Shown piece by piece: positions 18,287 to 28,262 of a DNA stretch of 64,000 nucleotides. The notes under the pieces were generated by a model. That model was not told the origin of the DNA, ran no database searches, and saw nothing but the letters and a program-made list of their open reading frames with translations. Both the position numbers and the translations under genes were made by a program. Within the stretch, counting starts at the first letter, position 1. Every line of letters begins with the position of its first letter. The stretch is from NCBI RefSeq assembly GCF_003018255.1, contig NZ_CP027440.1. One strand, given 5' to 3'. The stretch comes from Escherichia coli. Lineage in GTDB: Bacteria; Pseudomonadota; Gammaproteobacteria; Enterobacterales; Enterobacteriaceae.

Positions 18287-19234
18287 TTACAGATAATCCG
18301 CGACAACCAGCTCCAGCTTGCCCTTCATCTCGTTAGAGACGGTTGCGTTTCCGTCTGCGAACAGTTCACGCTCCAGCAGCTGCACCGCCTGTTTTTCCAG
18401 CGAGGTGGGGACAACAATATGGGTGGGTTTGATGCCGAGTTTGCGGCCACCGTCAGCGGTAAATTCGCGCATGGCTGACCAGCCGTGCCACAGTGCATCC
18501 AGCGTCAGCGGTGACTGCATCATGTAGGCCATCTGCCAGAAGCCGTAGCCCACATTGCGACGGGCGGATGCACCAAACACAAATTCGTTATCGGTGAATG
18601 CGCGACCTTCATCGACTTTGGTCTGGGCAACCAGTTCAGCCTTACGGCGATCCTGATAAATCAGCGGTTTGATTGCGCGTGAACAGTCGAGCAGATACCA
18701 GGCAGGACCGCTGTAATCCGCTTGTGCACCGACAGAGCCGGTTTTTGCCACAAACATATTGCTGACCATCTGCGCATCCCCGGAGCCATCCACTTTGGGG
18801 TAAACAGGATGTTCGGTATCAAAGAAGTTCTGGCCGTCATAGCAGGCCGCATTAATCCCGTCACGAAGAGCAGCAAAGACCAGTTCATCCGGTTGTGCCG
18901 CAGCAGCGCGCCCCATCTCCTGGAACAACGGGGAATAAATACCGAGGTTATCGTCTTCGAAGTCATCGCGGTTAATGGCGACGGTGCCTTCAAAGGTTTT
19001 GTTCACGATGGCATAGCCATAGGCCTTCATCTTCTCGATGACGCGGGAGCCGATCCACTCACGGAACTGCGGGAACTGCCCCAGCCAGCCGTAGGTGTTG
19101 GATTTCGACGTGGACGGTACGGTCATCGCAATTTTTTTGTACTGCGACGGGGCCATGGACATCCCGGCCTGAAAATCAGAACGGTAGCCCGTCATCAGGG
19201 CGGTGATCATCGCCGGTGTAATCGGGGTAGGCAT
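18287..19234 (-). CDS. Major capsid protein (Mu T-like)
   Basis: 315 aa downstream of protease/scaffold gene. Confidence 0.85.
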   Translation of the reverse strand: MPTPITPAMITALMTGYRSDFQAGMSMAPSQYKKIAMTVPSTSKSNTYGWLGQFPQFREWIGSRVIEKMKAYGYAIVNKTFEGTVAINRDDFEDDNLGIYSPLFQEMGRAAAAQPDELVFAALRDGINAACYDGQNFFDTEHPVYPKVDGSGDAQMVSNMFVAKTGSVGAQADYSGPAWYLLDCSRAIKPLIYQDRRKAELVAQTKVDEGRAFTDNEFVFGASARRNVGYGFWQMAYMMQSPLTLDALWHGWSAMREFTADGGRKLGIKPTHIVVPTSLEKQAVQLLERELFADGNATVSNEMKGKLELVVADYL

Positions 19235-20358
19235 TATTGCATTTCCTCTTTCATTTTCAGGAACTCGGCTTCGGTTTTACCCAGCAGTTTGGCGGCCGCG
19301 ATATCTTCAGCCGACAGCACAGCGGTGGCAGTCTTTTTATCCGGCACGGTCACGGTGTCGGTCTGAAGGCCGGTCAGGGCCGCAACCGGCTGGCGGGCGT
19401 CAAGCTGTGCAGAAAGTGCCGCAACGCCAATCTGCCCGCCCAGTTGTTCCAGATAGCCGCGTTCGCTTTTGAAGATGCGCCCTTCGGATTCAGCCTTGTC
19501 CAGCACCTGCTCCAGCGTGGTGCTGCCGTGCTGCGCCGACAGCGCAACGTATTCGGTACGCAGGGCGTTATACGTTTCAACGGGCACGTATTTCGTCAGA
19601 TCAATACTGCCGCCAGCCGGTGTGCCTTTTGCGGTTTCCAGCTCTGCCGACAGACTGGCGACCTGTGTTTTCAGGTTGTCGTGTGCATCCGCACGGGTTT
19701 TGATCCCGGTGAGGGCAGACAGCGCCGCCGTGCCCAGCTCCGGCGTAAATTCGTCACCGTCAGCCACGGTCAGACCGAGCGCCGTCAGCAACTGGCGTAA
19801 TTGCTCATTCATGGAGGTATCCTTTAAAGGAGGGTTTAAGGCGTTATAAAGGTCATCCGCCGACAGTGCGGCGACAGGATTCATGCCGGTCAGACCGGGG
19901 TCACCGGTAATAGCCAGCATCCGAAGTTCGACAGGTTCGCCGGTGCTCTCGTCATAGCCAATCACCGGTGAAAACCAGGGGAATTCGTTATTACGCAGAT
20001 GTTCAAGGGCCGGAGGGTTCCACTTCGGGCGCACCTCGAAACCTCGCTCTTCACTGAAGCGAAAATTCTCCGGTGAGGCCATCACAAAACCGGCAGCCGG
20101 TGCCGGATGTCCCTCAATCAGGGTCTGGTGGTTGTAGTCAATTTTCACCGGCTGATTGAGCGCCACAACACGGGAGACCATGCGCTCAACGGCTGCATGG
20201 TTGATCAGCCAGCCCTCGGCCGGTTTTTCCGGGCGACCGTCACGGGCCTTTACCCGACCGGCTGGCATGATCTGACACCAGTCACCGTCCCCGTCTGCGG
20301 ACAGGCTGATGGCATTCAGAATGGCATAAGCAAGTTTGGGCGTGTTTTTCGTCTTCAT
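19234..20358 (-). CDS. Head maturation protease / scaffold (Mu I-like)
   Basis: 374 aa, Ala/Leu-rich coiled-coil C-terminal half typical of scaffold. Confidence 0.8.
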   Translation of the reverse strand: MKTKNTPKLAYAILNAISLSADGDGDWCQIMPAGRVKARDGRPEKPAEGWLINHAAVERMVSRVVALNQPVKIDYNHQTLIEGHPAPAAGFVMASPENFRFSEERGFEVRPKWNPPALEHLRNNEFPWFSPVIGYDESTGEPVELRMLAITGDPGLTGMNPVAALSADDLYNALNPPLKDTSMNEQLRQLLTALGLTVADGDEFTPELGTAALSALTGIKTRADAHDNLKTQVASLSAELETAKGTPAGGSIDLTKYVPVETYNALRTEYVALSAQHGSTTLEQVLDKAESEGRIFKSERGYLEQLGGQIGVAALSAQLDARQPVAALTGLQTDTVTVPDKKTATAVLSAEDIAAAKLLGKTEAEFLKMKEEMQ

Positions 20359-20534
20359 TCCGGCAGCATAGGCCGGGAATTTTCAGGGCGGGTTTTGCGG
20401 GATTTCAGGAAGTGCTTCCAGGGGAAAAATACAAAGGCGCTTCACGCAGATTTTAAAGCCCGTTAAATACAGGTTAGAAAATCACGACACGCGCCTGAAG
20501 GGGGTAAGGTAATGCATTTGCATACCTTAAACAA
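20359..20534 (-). promoter_or_regulatory. Intergenic region upstream of I-like gene, candidate late promoter/terminator
   Basis: 176-bp gap in an otherwise packed operon; near-palindrome aaggtaatgcatttgcataccttaa at ~20497-20526. Confidence 0.3.
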
Positions 20535-21008
20535 TTAAGGCGTTTCTGTGGCCTTTTTAAAGCGTTTTCTGATTTCGTCCATGATCTCCTGCTCTGCCAC
20601 CTGATCAAAGCCCATATACGGACGTGCACCAATGGCCGCCGGTCCCGGCGGCATACCTGGCAGGCCACCCCACTGATGAATGGCCGCATAAGGCTCATTT
20701 GATCCAATCAGCGCCCAGGTGTCGCCATAATCCGTGGTCAGGCGTCGGGCCAGATCGCCGTTCAGCGTCAGGATTTTGCCGGGCATGTATCCCTTACGGG
20801 TACGCCACTTGCGGTAAGGATCTGACCAGTCATGCCAGCGTTCGCCGTCCGGCTCTTTTTCCTGTTCAAACGCCATTTCTGACGATGACAGAAGGCTGGA
20901 CGCCACACTGCGGGCCAGGTCTTTTCCGCCACCCACAAACTGAAGCCGGGCAAAGACCCGCTGGAGACGCGTAACGTCAACAACGACGGCGGCATCAATG
21001 GATGACAT
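20535..21008 (-). CDS. Virion morphogenesis protein (Mu G-like)
   Basis: 157 aa, position. Confidence 0.7.
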   Translation of the reverse strand: MSSIDAAVVVDVTRLQRVFARLQFVGGGKDLARSVASSLLSSSEMAFEQEKEPDGERWHDWSDPYRKWRTRKGYMPGKILTLNGDLARRLTTDYGDTWALIGSNEPYAAIHQWGGLPGMPPGPAAIGARPYMGFDQVAEQEIMDEIRKRFKKATETP

Positions 21009-21129
21009 ATTGCCTCCGTATAAAATATGAATATAAAATAAGCAGGCGGTCAGTGTACGCTTAACTGGTAAAGTCGGTGCCTGCCTCCGGGTGGATCATG
21101 TATGCGGGTTCGACCCCCGCCACTGACCG

Positions 21130-22461
21130 TTAATCAATATCTCCTTCCAGTACCTCAAGCATTCCGCCCCGGATATCCGATTTCAGCTTATCCATATTGA
21201 TAACCCGGTAAGCATTAACAATCACATCCAGTTTATCCGGCTGACGCTTCAGGCTGTACGGTGCATTAACGGCAATCTGCACACTGCCATCCTGATTTTC
21301 CACGATATACATCAGATTGTTGTGCCGTTTGTCCCACAGTACCGCTTTTGGCCTTGCCAGCATTGCCGGTAAGCGCCCGAAATCCTCCGGTGTCAGGGCG
21401 ATACCGTCATTCTGATGTTTCATGCTGTCCGCATGGAGCACATTTTTACCGCTCATCGCCAGCAGGCGGGCCGGTGGCGTTCCCGTCCGGCTTTCCACCG
21501 CCTGCGCAATGCTTTCGGTCATAAAGCCCAGCGTGCGGATATCGTTACCGCCTCGCCGGGTTTTCATGATGTTTTTTGCCCAGATGCGGAACGCCAGCTG
21601 CCGCTCCGGGCTGTTGTTCATCTCCTGAACCACCATTTCCCGTAACGCCGGGCTTTTCACCTCGATCAACTTGCGGAGCAGCGCCTGGTCTGTGCCGAAC
21701 GCCGCCGAACCGGGGTTATATGACCAGCCCACATCCGGTGTCATGGTTCTGGTGCCATCTGAATATGTGGTCACCGGCATTTCTCTGACTTCTCCGGTCT
21801 GCTTATCCACGCCAGCCTCAACATTGCGGGTGGAAAGATGATCCTGACCGGATGAAACGGATAACCCCATTGCATCCAGACGGGTCTGAGACAATGGCCG
21901 GACACGGCAGCGGCAGTTCCAGCCATTGGGTGGGTAGTGTGTATTCCAGAACGGATCGTCATAGCGGAATACCAGACCGTTAAGGGCGGAATGCGCCGGG
22001 CGGGTGCGGCTGTCCATCACCGCCACATACTGCCAGAACGGATGCGTGTCCGTGTTGTTCATCATCTGCGTGTAACGCCCGGCATTGTAAGCCACGCGGG
22101 TGTTCACGTTGTAAATCAGCGCCAGACGGCGGGGACAGCCCAGCTGCACTTCTTCTGCGTTACCGGCGCTGTCCACCACAATCTGCTTTCCCCACCATCC
22201 CAGCTTTTGCAGGCGGGGGGTCAGTGTGCGGATAAATGCTTTCTGTGAAATCCCCTCATCAATGGCCCGTTGCACTTCCGCCTGTAGTGTGGTCAGTACG
22301 TCCAGGCGTGCCACTTTTGCCGCCGTGAACGAACGGGCATGAACATCCGCGTCTGTTTCGAACCAGTTCCAGCTGATATGCGCCCCTTTGGCGCGGAAGT
22401 ATGCCACCGCCTCTTTTGAGGGAAGCGTGGCGGCATAACCTAAATCAATCCCCTGTGCCAT
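21130..22461 (-). CDS. Minor head protein (Mu F-like)
   Basis: 443 aa downstream of portal. Confidence 0.8.
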   Translation of the reverse strand: MAQGIDLGYAATLPSKEAVAYFRAKGAHISWNWFETDADVHARSFTAAKVARLDVLTTLQAEVQRAIDEGISQKAFIRTLTPRLQKLGWWGKQIVVDSAGNAEEVQLGCPRRLALIYNVNTRVAYNAGRYTQMMNNTDTHPFWQYVAVMDSRTRPAHSALNGLVFRYDDPFWNTHYPPNGWNCRCRVRPLSQTRLDAMGLSVSSGQDHLSTRNVEAGVDKQTGEVREMPVTTYSDGTRTMTPDVGWSYNPGSAAFGTDQALLRKLIEVKSPALREMVVQEMNNSPERQLAFRIWAKNIMKTRRGGNDIRTLGFMTESIAQAVESRTGTPPARLLAMSGKNVLHADSMKHQNDGIALTPEDFGRLPAMLARPKAVLWDKRHNNLMYIVENQDGSVQIAVNAPYSLKRQPDKLDVIVNAYRVINMDKLKSDIRGGMLEVLEGDID

Positions 22462-24043
22462 CCAGCATCCCCTTCATTTCCGCAGCAAACATGGCATCAC
22501 TGAGCAGCGTCATCAGGCGGGAATCATCCATTTCACGGTAAAGGGCAGGCAGGTCTGCCAGTGCCTCCGCCAGCCCCCGCGTTCTGATGGCATCAATGAC
22601 CGGCTCCAGTACCGGGTCGATGGCCTCCTGTAACCGGCGGGCAGGCACCGCATCCCCCATGTCGTCCAGTTCATCTCGGGGGCTGCTTTTCGCTTCCGGC
22701 AGTCTGGCAGCCAGCGCTGTCTGCTCTGTCTTCTCCTGTTTTTCCGGTGGCATCTCTTTGTCTGTCTGAGCAGGTTCATTGCCACTCTGACGGACACGGA
22801 AGATGGCTTCACCGGGGGCAGGCTGTGGAATACCGGTCTGCTCCCGTACCCAGGGATCAGGAATATCCATCCCCGTACTGAGCTGCATCACCGCACTGGT
22901 GATTTTGGTGATATCCCCCGGCTCTTTTGTCTGGAAACAGATACGCGGCAGGCGACGGATATCAATGGCGTGGGCGGTGTTCAGGGCATACAGCGGATAC
23001 ACCAGATCGCGGTTCAGCGTGGCGGCCAGCTGACGTAAATCAGAATCCCTGATTTCCCGGCGCACCTCGTTATGCACTTCACCCAGCGAACGTGCGCCCT
23101 TGTCTCCGGCTTCCGTGGTCAGCGTGCCGCCGAGGATAGCTTTGGAGATGGAACGCTCCCCCCACGAAATCATGGTTTCAAACGGATCGGCCTGACCGTT
23201 CGCTGCCGCCTGAAACTCCAGCGACATCCCGGCCGGGATGATCCCGCCTGTACGTCGCCCGATATCCATCACCGCCCGCATCAGGGCGCTTTTCTGCTCC
23301 GGTGTTGCCCCGGAGGGGTATTTACCGACCTTCATCGGCAGGCCGTACACCTCCAGAAATTCAGCCAGATCGCGCACGGAATAGTTTTTGAAAATGAACG
23401 GCCAGATAAGCGTTCTGACAAGCCCCGTCGCACCACCGTAGCCGGTGCGTGAACGTGACTGATGCACTATCCAGCCAAAGGGCTGAAACGCCACCCCGGC
23501 ATGGCTGCCGTCACGCAGCCGCAGTTCGCTCAAATCATCCGGGTTAAGGCAGAAATGCCCGCTGTCACGCCAGCGGATGGCGCGGATGATGTGCATTTTA
23601 CCGAGCATCCCGTGCTCAATCTCCATGCAGGAATAGCCTTTCAGGATGGCATCGGTGGCATCAAACAGCATGGCATCAAACCAGTCGGCGGAATGCAGAT
23701 ATTCGTCGAGCATTTCCGCGTCCTTTTTCTCATTCGCGCTGGCGTTCGGGGGCGGCTCAATACTCCAGGGCACGCCCTGAATGGCAAGACGTCGCTTGCC
23801 CAGCTCTGCAAAAAGGTGGGTATCCTTTTCTTCAATGTCAGCGGCCAGATCGGACTGGGCAATCAGATCGCCACGTTCAGCCCCGCGAAGGCACTGTGCC
23901 GCCCGGTTCGGGGTGATACCCGAGGCCGGATGTTCAATATAACGGCTGGCAATCTGCGGAATATCCAGCGCGGCGCTCTGCATCTCCGGGTCAAAGGAGA
24001 AAGGTTTTCCGTCAAGATCAATTATACGTCCCACTACCAGCAC
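22445..24043 (-). CDS. Portal protein (Mu H/gp29-like)
   Basis: 532 aa downstream of terminase large subunit. Confidence 0.85.
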   Translation of the reverse strand: MLVVGRIIDLDGKPFSFDPEMQSAALDIPQIASRYIEHPASGITPNRAAQCLRGAERGDLIAQSDLAADIEEKDTHLFAELGKRRLAIQGVPWSIEPPPNASANEKKDAEMLDEYLHSADWFDAMLFDATDAILKGYSCMEIEHGMLGKMHIIRAIRWRDSGHFCLNPDDLSELRLRDGSHAGVAFQPFGWIVHQSRSRTGYGGATGLVRTLIWPFIFKNYSVRDLAEFLEVYGLPMKVGKYPSGATPEQKSALMRAVMDIGRRTGGIIPAGMSLEFQAAANGQADPFETMISWGERSISKAILGGTLTTEAGDKGARSLGEVHNEVRREIRDSDLRQLAATLNRDLVYPLYALNTAHAIDIRRLPRICFQTKEPGDITKITSAVMQLSTGMDIPDPWVREQTGIPQPAPGEAIFRVRQSGNEPAQTDKEMPPEKQEKTEQTALAARLPEAKSSPRDELDDMGDAVPARRLQEAIDPVLEPVIDAIRTRGLAEALADLPALYREMDDSRLMTLLSDAMFAAEMKGMLDGTGD

Positions 24044-25698
24044 CCCCGATCAAATTCATGATATGCCTCATCGTCATCACGATAACCGCCCTCCATGGCC
24101 CGCGACCGCTCCGGCAGCGCCTGACAGGCTGATTCATCCAGGATGAAGCCCTCCATGTATGACGCCCGGTTTGCCATACAGAGCGCCACGGCAAAATCGC
24201 CATGGCGGCGGGCGTTCACAGCCGTTGCGTTCTGGTCCTTCGTACGCCCCTTGTCAATTTGCGGGATACCGTTCACCACCTTCACATGGCGCAAATCATC
24301 AAGCGTGGTCTGATGGCGGGCGACGAGGATATTCTGATCCTCAAACTCGGCCTTCAGTTTTGGCATCCACTCGCCGTACCACTTCGGCGATAACATCACG
24401 CAGTCGATGATGTCCGGGCCAAAGGCCAGCAGCGCGGCTTCGGCCAGATAGCCGCCGTTACCGGTGGCGTCGAACGCCGCACCGACCAGCGCCGGAACGC
24501 GGGTCAGGATGTACATCATCACCTGCTCCTGCTGGGCATACGGCAGGTTGCGCAGCTCCACGCGAAACACCTCGCGTTTTGCCAGGGATTCAGTGATTTC
24601 CAGCAGCACAAAGCAGGAGAGGTCACCGATGCGGGCAAAGTCTTCCCCGAAGCTGAAGCGGGAACGGGGATTTAACGCCTCTAAAAGCGGTTTTAAATGT
24701 TCTTCACACCAGGTTAAAACCTCCGATTCACGCAGCCATGCGGCACGGCTGATGAAGTCGTCCGGGGCTTCAAACGTCAGAATCGGGATGTCGCGGAGCA
24801 TCGCCATTTCAATAAGCGCGTGAGGAATATAGGCACCGCCGGATTTTTTCGGGATACAGCCGTATTCCTCGTCGGCATCCTCACGGGTCGGGGCGTTTTT
24901 GTAGAGATCATCACGCCACTTCTGCTCGCTTTCCGGTGACCATTCGCGGCCGGTGACATAACAGATACGACGGTACAGCCCGTCCGCAATGGCATCATCC
25001 AGGGTAATGCGGTGGACGCTGTAATCCTTGCGCCCCTCGCGGGCTTCCTGAATGTACTGATTAAACAGATTATCGACGCCGTTATGCGTGGAGATAATAC
25101 GCACGCGCGCGCCCCACATGGTGAGCGCCATTGCCGCCTTGAGAAGCTCATCCAGTGACTCGTGGAACGCGGCTTCATCAATCACCACATCCCCCTGAAG
25201 GCCGCGCAGGTTTGACGGACGGGAAGACAGTGCCTGAATTTTGAATCCACTGTTCGGAAAGCGGATCATGTAGGTCAGAATTTCTTCTTTTTTATCCCGA
25301 TCCCAGAAGGTCTGCTCATACACATCAGCATCTGCCAGCTGGTTAAAGGCACGGGAGAACAGTGCGCAGGCAGAAATATATTCCAGCGCCATCTCCTGCT
25401 TTGACCCCACATAAAACACATTGCGGCCACCACGCCGCTTAGGCTTTGCGGCGGTAATGACGTTACGCCCGGCTTCCGCCCAGGTAAGCCCGGTGCGGCG
25501 GGATTTTTCCGCGATGCAGACCTCGCTTTCATCCTCAAACCAGCGGGCCTGATAATCCAGAAATACCGGCATATCACCGGGCAAATCAAGGCTGTCCGGC
25601 ACATCCACGCCCAGCAGGGCTTTTTCACCGGCCAGATCAATTTTGCGGGTGGAGACGGTATTCGTCAGTAAGGGGGAGAGTTCTTCGGCGTTATTCAT
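24034..25698 (-). CDS. Terminase large subunit (Mu gp28-like)
   Basis: 554 aa, position. Confidence 0.85.
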   Translation of the reverse strand: MNNAEELSPLLTNTVSTRKIDLAGEKALLGVDVPDSLDLPGDMPVFLDYQARWFEDESEVCIAEKSRRTGLTWAEAGRNVITAAKPKRRGGRNVFYVGSKQEMALEYISACALFSRAFNQLADADVYEQTFWDRDKKEEILTYMIRFPNSGFKIQALSSRPSNLRGLQGDVVIDEAAFHESLDELLKAAMALTMWGARVRIISTHNGVDNLFNQYIQEAREGRKDYSVHRITLDDAIADGLYRRICYVTGREWSPESEQKWRDDLYKNAPTREDADEEYGCIPKKSGGAYIPHALIEMAMLRDIPILTFEAPDDFISRAAWLRESEVLTWCEEHLKPLLEALNPRSRFSFGEDFARIGDLSCFVLLEITESLAKREVFRVELRNLPYAQQEQVMMYILTRVPALVGAAFDATGNGGYLAEAALLAFGPDIIDCVMLSPKWYGEWMPKLKAEFEDQNILVARHQTTLDDLRHVKVVNGIPQIDKGRTKDQNATAVNARRHGDFAVALCMANRASYMEGFILDESACQALPERSRAMEGGYRDDDEAYHEFDRGCW

Positions 25699-26279
25699 CA
25701 GGCTTTACCCAACAGAATCCCCTTAATACGGGACTCAAGCTGTTCACTCATCCCGTCCACGCCGCGCAGCTCGTCGGTGACGGCGTTTGCCATCTCTTCA
25801 GCAAATGCAGCCCGGATTTCTTTTTCACGCTTAATGCTGCGCTCGGCGGCACTTTCCGCACGCTGTGCTGACAGGAGGATGTCCTTAATAAGACGCATAT
25901 CCACGTCGCTGTCACTGTTCAGGGATTCGGTCGCGGCACGCAGACGGCGGTACATCAGGGCGCGGGACATCTCCAGAATCAGCGCTGTGGTTTCACCGGT
26001 TGGCTTGTCTCCCAGTTCGGCCATCATGGCTTTTGTCTGCTCGCGTAAATCACGCAGGTTACGGGCAATCAGCTCATTACGGGAGGCTTCCCGGCTGATG
26101 GCCGCCGGTGAAAGCTGCTGCTCTTCCGGCAGGCCCGCCTCACGGATCAGACGGTTGATTTCCTCGCGTATCTGGACCTGCGTCAGACGTTTTTCACGCA
26201 GCATTTCCAGCAGTGGCTTACGGATGCTGTCGGGGAGCAAATCCACCTTGCGCACGCGTCCACGCGTCGGCTTGTCCAT
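25698..26279 (-). CDS. Terminase small subunit (Mu gp27-like)
   Basis: 193 aa, charged helical protein just upstream of large terminase. Confidence 0.7.
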   Translation of the reverse strand: MDKPTRGRVRKVDLLPDSIRKPLLEMLREKRLTQVQIREEINRLIREAGLPEEQQLSPAAISREASRNELIARNLRDLREQTKAMMAELGDKPTGETTALILEMSRALMYRRLRAATESLNSDSDVDMRLIKDILLSAQRAESAAERSIKREKEIRAAFAEEMANAVTDELRGVDGMSEQLESRIKGILLGKA

Positions 26280-26281
26280 CG

Positions 26282-26572
26282 TTACCCCCTTGCGCGTGGT
26301 TTCTTCACACCCGGAACGCTGGCGCGACCTTCCGCCACATCCTGACCCCGGCCGGTCAGTTCGGCGATGAAATAACCGTTAACGAGCGTGCGCTTACGCA
26401 CCAGTCCCTGCTCGGCAAGCCAGGCAATGTGGGTGTGAACGGTGTCGCGGGACACGCGGTGGCCGTAATCATCCAGACAGTCCTGGAGCACGGATTCACC
26501 CAGTTCACCGTTGTAATCTGCCAGCGACCGCAGAATGACCAGACGCTGATCTTCAGTAATGAAATCACTCAT
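26282..26572 (-). CDS. Hypothetical protein (Mu gp26-like)
   Basis: 96-aa ORF coupled to terminase genes. Confidence 0.5.
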   Translation of the reverse strand: MSDFITEDQRLVILRSLADYNGELGESVLQDCLDDYGHRVSRDTVHTHIAWLAEQGLVRKRTLVNGYFIAELTGRGQDVAEGRASVPGVKKPRARG

Positions 26573-26877
26573 TGCGTTTTTTTCCTTACAGCCTGCTCCA
26601 GCAGCAGTTCGTTCTGATAGGAGACAGAGCGGAGCGTGGCGTTCGTGGTTTTCAGTTCACCCCGCAGGGTCACGATTTCCACATTCAGACGGTTGACCTC
26701 GGCTTCTGTCGGCAGTGACGACAGGCGGGTTTCCACCTTCTCAACGCGGTCGGAGAGTTTTTCAAAGGCCTCGCGGGGGACAAACGTTTTGCGCATCAGC
26801 GCCATGAATATCCCGCCAGCGGTTGCCGTCGCCGAAAGGATCGGCACAACATAATCTTTAACGATGCTGACCCACAT
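26569..26877 (-). CDS. Membrane protein (Mu gp25-like)
   Basis: N-terminal TM helix followed by coiled coil. Confidence 0.5.
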   Translation of the reverse strand: MWVSIVKDYVVPILSATATAGGIFMALMRKTFVPREAFEKLSDRVEKVETRLSSLPTEAEVNRLNVEIVTLRGELKTTNATLRSVSYQNELLLEQAVRKKTQ

Positions 26878-27151
26878 GACGGGCCTCCATGATGTTCTGG
26901 CAGTTCACACAACGGATGGCATCCGGCACAGCAACAAGACGTGCGGCGGGGATCTCTCCGCCACAGTCCGCGCAGACACGTCTGCCCGGAGCATCCATTG
27001 CCCGGCGCTTACGTGTCAGCCGGTTACAAAGGGCGCGTTCTGATCCCCGCTCCATCACAGCCTGAGCACGATCTGAATCATCCATACCTTTTTCCTTACT
27101 TCGTCTTTCCTGCCGGAACAGCAGGCGTTCCGGCCATATCAGTAAATTCAT
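26858..27151 (-). CDS. TraR/DksA-family C4 zinc-finger protein
   Basis: CADCGGEI...RCVNCQ C4 motif. Confidence 0.65.
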   Translation of the reverse strand: MNLLIWPERLLFRQERRSKEKGMDDSDRAQAVMERGSERALCNRLTRKRRAMDAPGRRVCADCGGEIPAARLVAVPDAIRCVNCQNIMEARHVGQHR

Positions 27152-27467
27152 GTTGTCGCCGCGCCTCCAGACGACGAATACTGGCCTTGTCCACGTTGCA
27201 GTTCTTGATCACCGCCAGCAGTTGCAGGTTGTAAGTGACCGATGCCCCAAACGTGAACGGCTCCGGCGCAGGAGGGACCAGGCAGTCAGCCAGCCATTCA
27301 GCGGGGATCGGCACCGGCTTCACAGGCACGTATTTCACAGACGGCCCGGCGCACCCGATCAGCCACATCATCAGGAACAGGGGCAGAGGCCGCAGGCACT
27401 GCCGCCAGCGACCGGCGGACAACGCTCTGCTGCCCCTCGCTGTGCTGAATGTTCTGTTGTTTTTCAT
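27096..27467 (-). CDS. Putative o-spanin (Rz1-like lipoprotein) embedded in i-spanin frame; start uncertain
   Basis: Frame contains LFLMMWLIGCAGPSVKYVPVKPVPIP: lipobox LIGC followed by Pro-rich region. Confidence 0.4.
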   Translation of the reverse strand: MKNNRTFSTARGSRALSAGRWRQCLRPLPLFLMMWLIGCAGPSVKYVPVKPVPIPAEWLADCLVPPAPEPFTFGASVTYNLQLLAVIKNCNVDKASIRRLEARRQHEFTDMAGTPAVPAGKTK

Positions 27468-27819
27468 TCGTGGCCGCCTCACTGATTTGTGAAATGAGTT
27501 GCAGGGTGTGCTGCTGATTTGCCAGCACCTGACGCGCCTCATCCCGCTCACGCACAAGCACCTGATTATTGTCTTCAAGGCGCTGCGTCTTCTGGTGCAT
27601 TCCCCATATAGCGGCAACCAGTACAGCGATAATCCCCAGCGCCGCCATGCACGCCCCGGCAATCAGGGCCGGTAAGGCATTATTCACCGCAGCCACAGGA
27701 CACCCCGTAACAGCAGTACCGCACACAGCAGCGCTATCATGAGCGGTCGCCAGAAGCGGTTCAGACTTTCGGCAAGTCGTAGCGACATAACCATTCATCC
27801 GCCGAACGGCGGGCCTCAA
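27298..27819 (-). CDS. Putative i-spanin (Rz-like); true start probably downstream of track start
   Basis: TM segment LPALIAGACMAALGIIAVLVAAIWG followed by coiled coil; directly after endolysin. Confidence 0.55.
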   Translation of the reverse strand: MRPAVRRMNGYVATTCRKSEPLLATAHDSAAVCGTAVTGCPVAAVNNALPALIAGACMAALGIIAVLVAAIWGMHQKTQRLEDNNQVLVRERDEARQVLANQQHTLQLISQISEAATNEKQQNIQHSEGQQSVVRRSLAAVPAASAPVPDDVADRVRRAVCEIRACEAGADPR

Positions 27820-28261
27820 GGCCGGGGAGTTTCACCCCCTTTGAATAAATCCAGCGGATATACTGCTTACAGGACGCGGGCATCTGCCCGGCATTGATCA
27901 GGCGCAGAAGCGTGGAGTTGCGAAAGTTCGTTTCACCGGCCCAGAAGATCCACGAAGCCAGCGCCACCGTCTGACCACGGGTAAGCGGCACCTGAACACG
28001 CCGATCAATGGCCGCAAAGGCCCATTTCATGTCCTTTTCCAGTAGTTCCAGGCATTCTTCATCTGTCAGGGTCATACCCGGTTTCACATCCGGGCCGGTA
28101 TGGCCGTAACAGATGGTGGGTGTACCGGAGGGATCGATATACGTGGAGTTTTCTTTCCCTTCCCAGTAACCGGTGTAATGCGTGGCAATCGTGAACGTCC
28201 CGGCACCGGCCAGAACAAGGGCAATCAGCTTTTTACGCAGTGGTGCGGGGAGTTTTGGCAT
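27761..28261 (-). CDS. lys: Endolysin (lysozyme) with SAR-type N-terminal signal anchor
   Basis: 166 aa with N-terminal LIALVLAGAGTFTIA hydrophobic segment as in Mu SAR endolysin. Confidence 0.85.
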   Translation of the reverse strand: MPKLPAPLRKKLIALVLAGAGTFTIATHYTGYWEGKENSTYIDPSGTPTICYGHTGPDVKPGMTLTDEECLELLEKDMKWAFAAIDRRVQVPLTRGQTVALASWIFWAGETNFRNSTLLRLINAGQMPASCKQYIRWIYSKGVKLPGLEARRSADEWLCRYDLPKV

Positions 28262-28262
28262 T

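Noticed and set aside
25777-26370. 197-aa Arg/Ser-rich plus-strand ORF
   Set aside because: Antisense to terminase small subunit; composition indicates non-coding frame
27096-27662. 188-aa ORF as a single protein
   Set aside because: N-terminal two-thirds is Arg/Cys-rich wrong-frame sequence inside the i-spanin gene; only the C-terminal lipoprotein-like part is plausible
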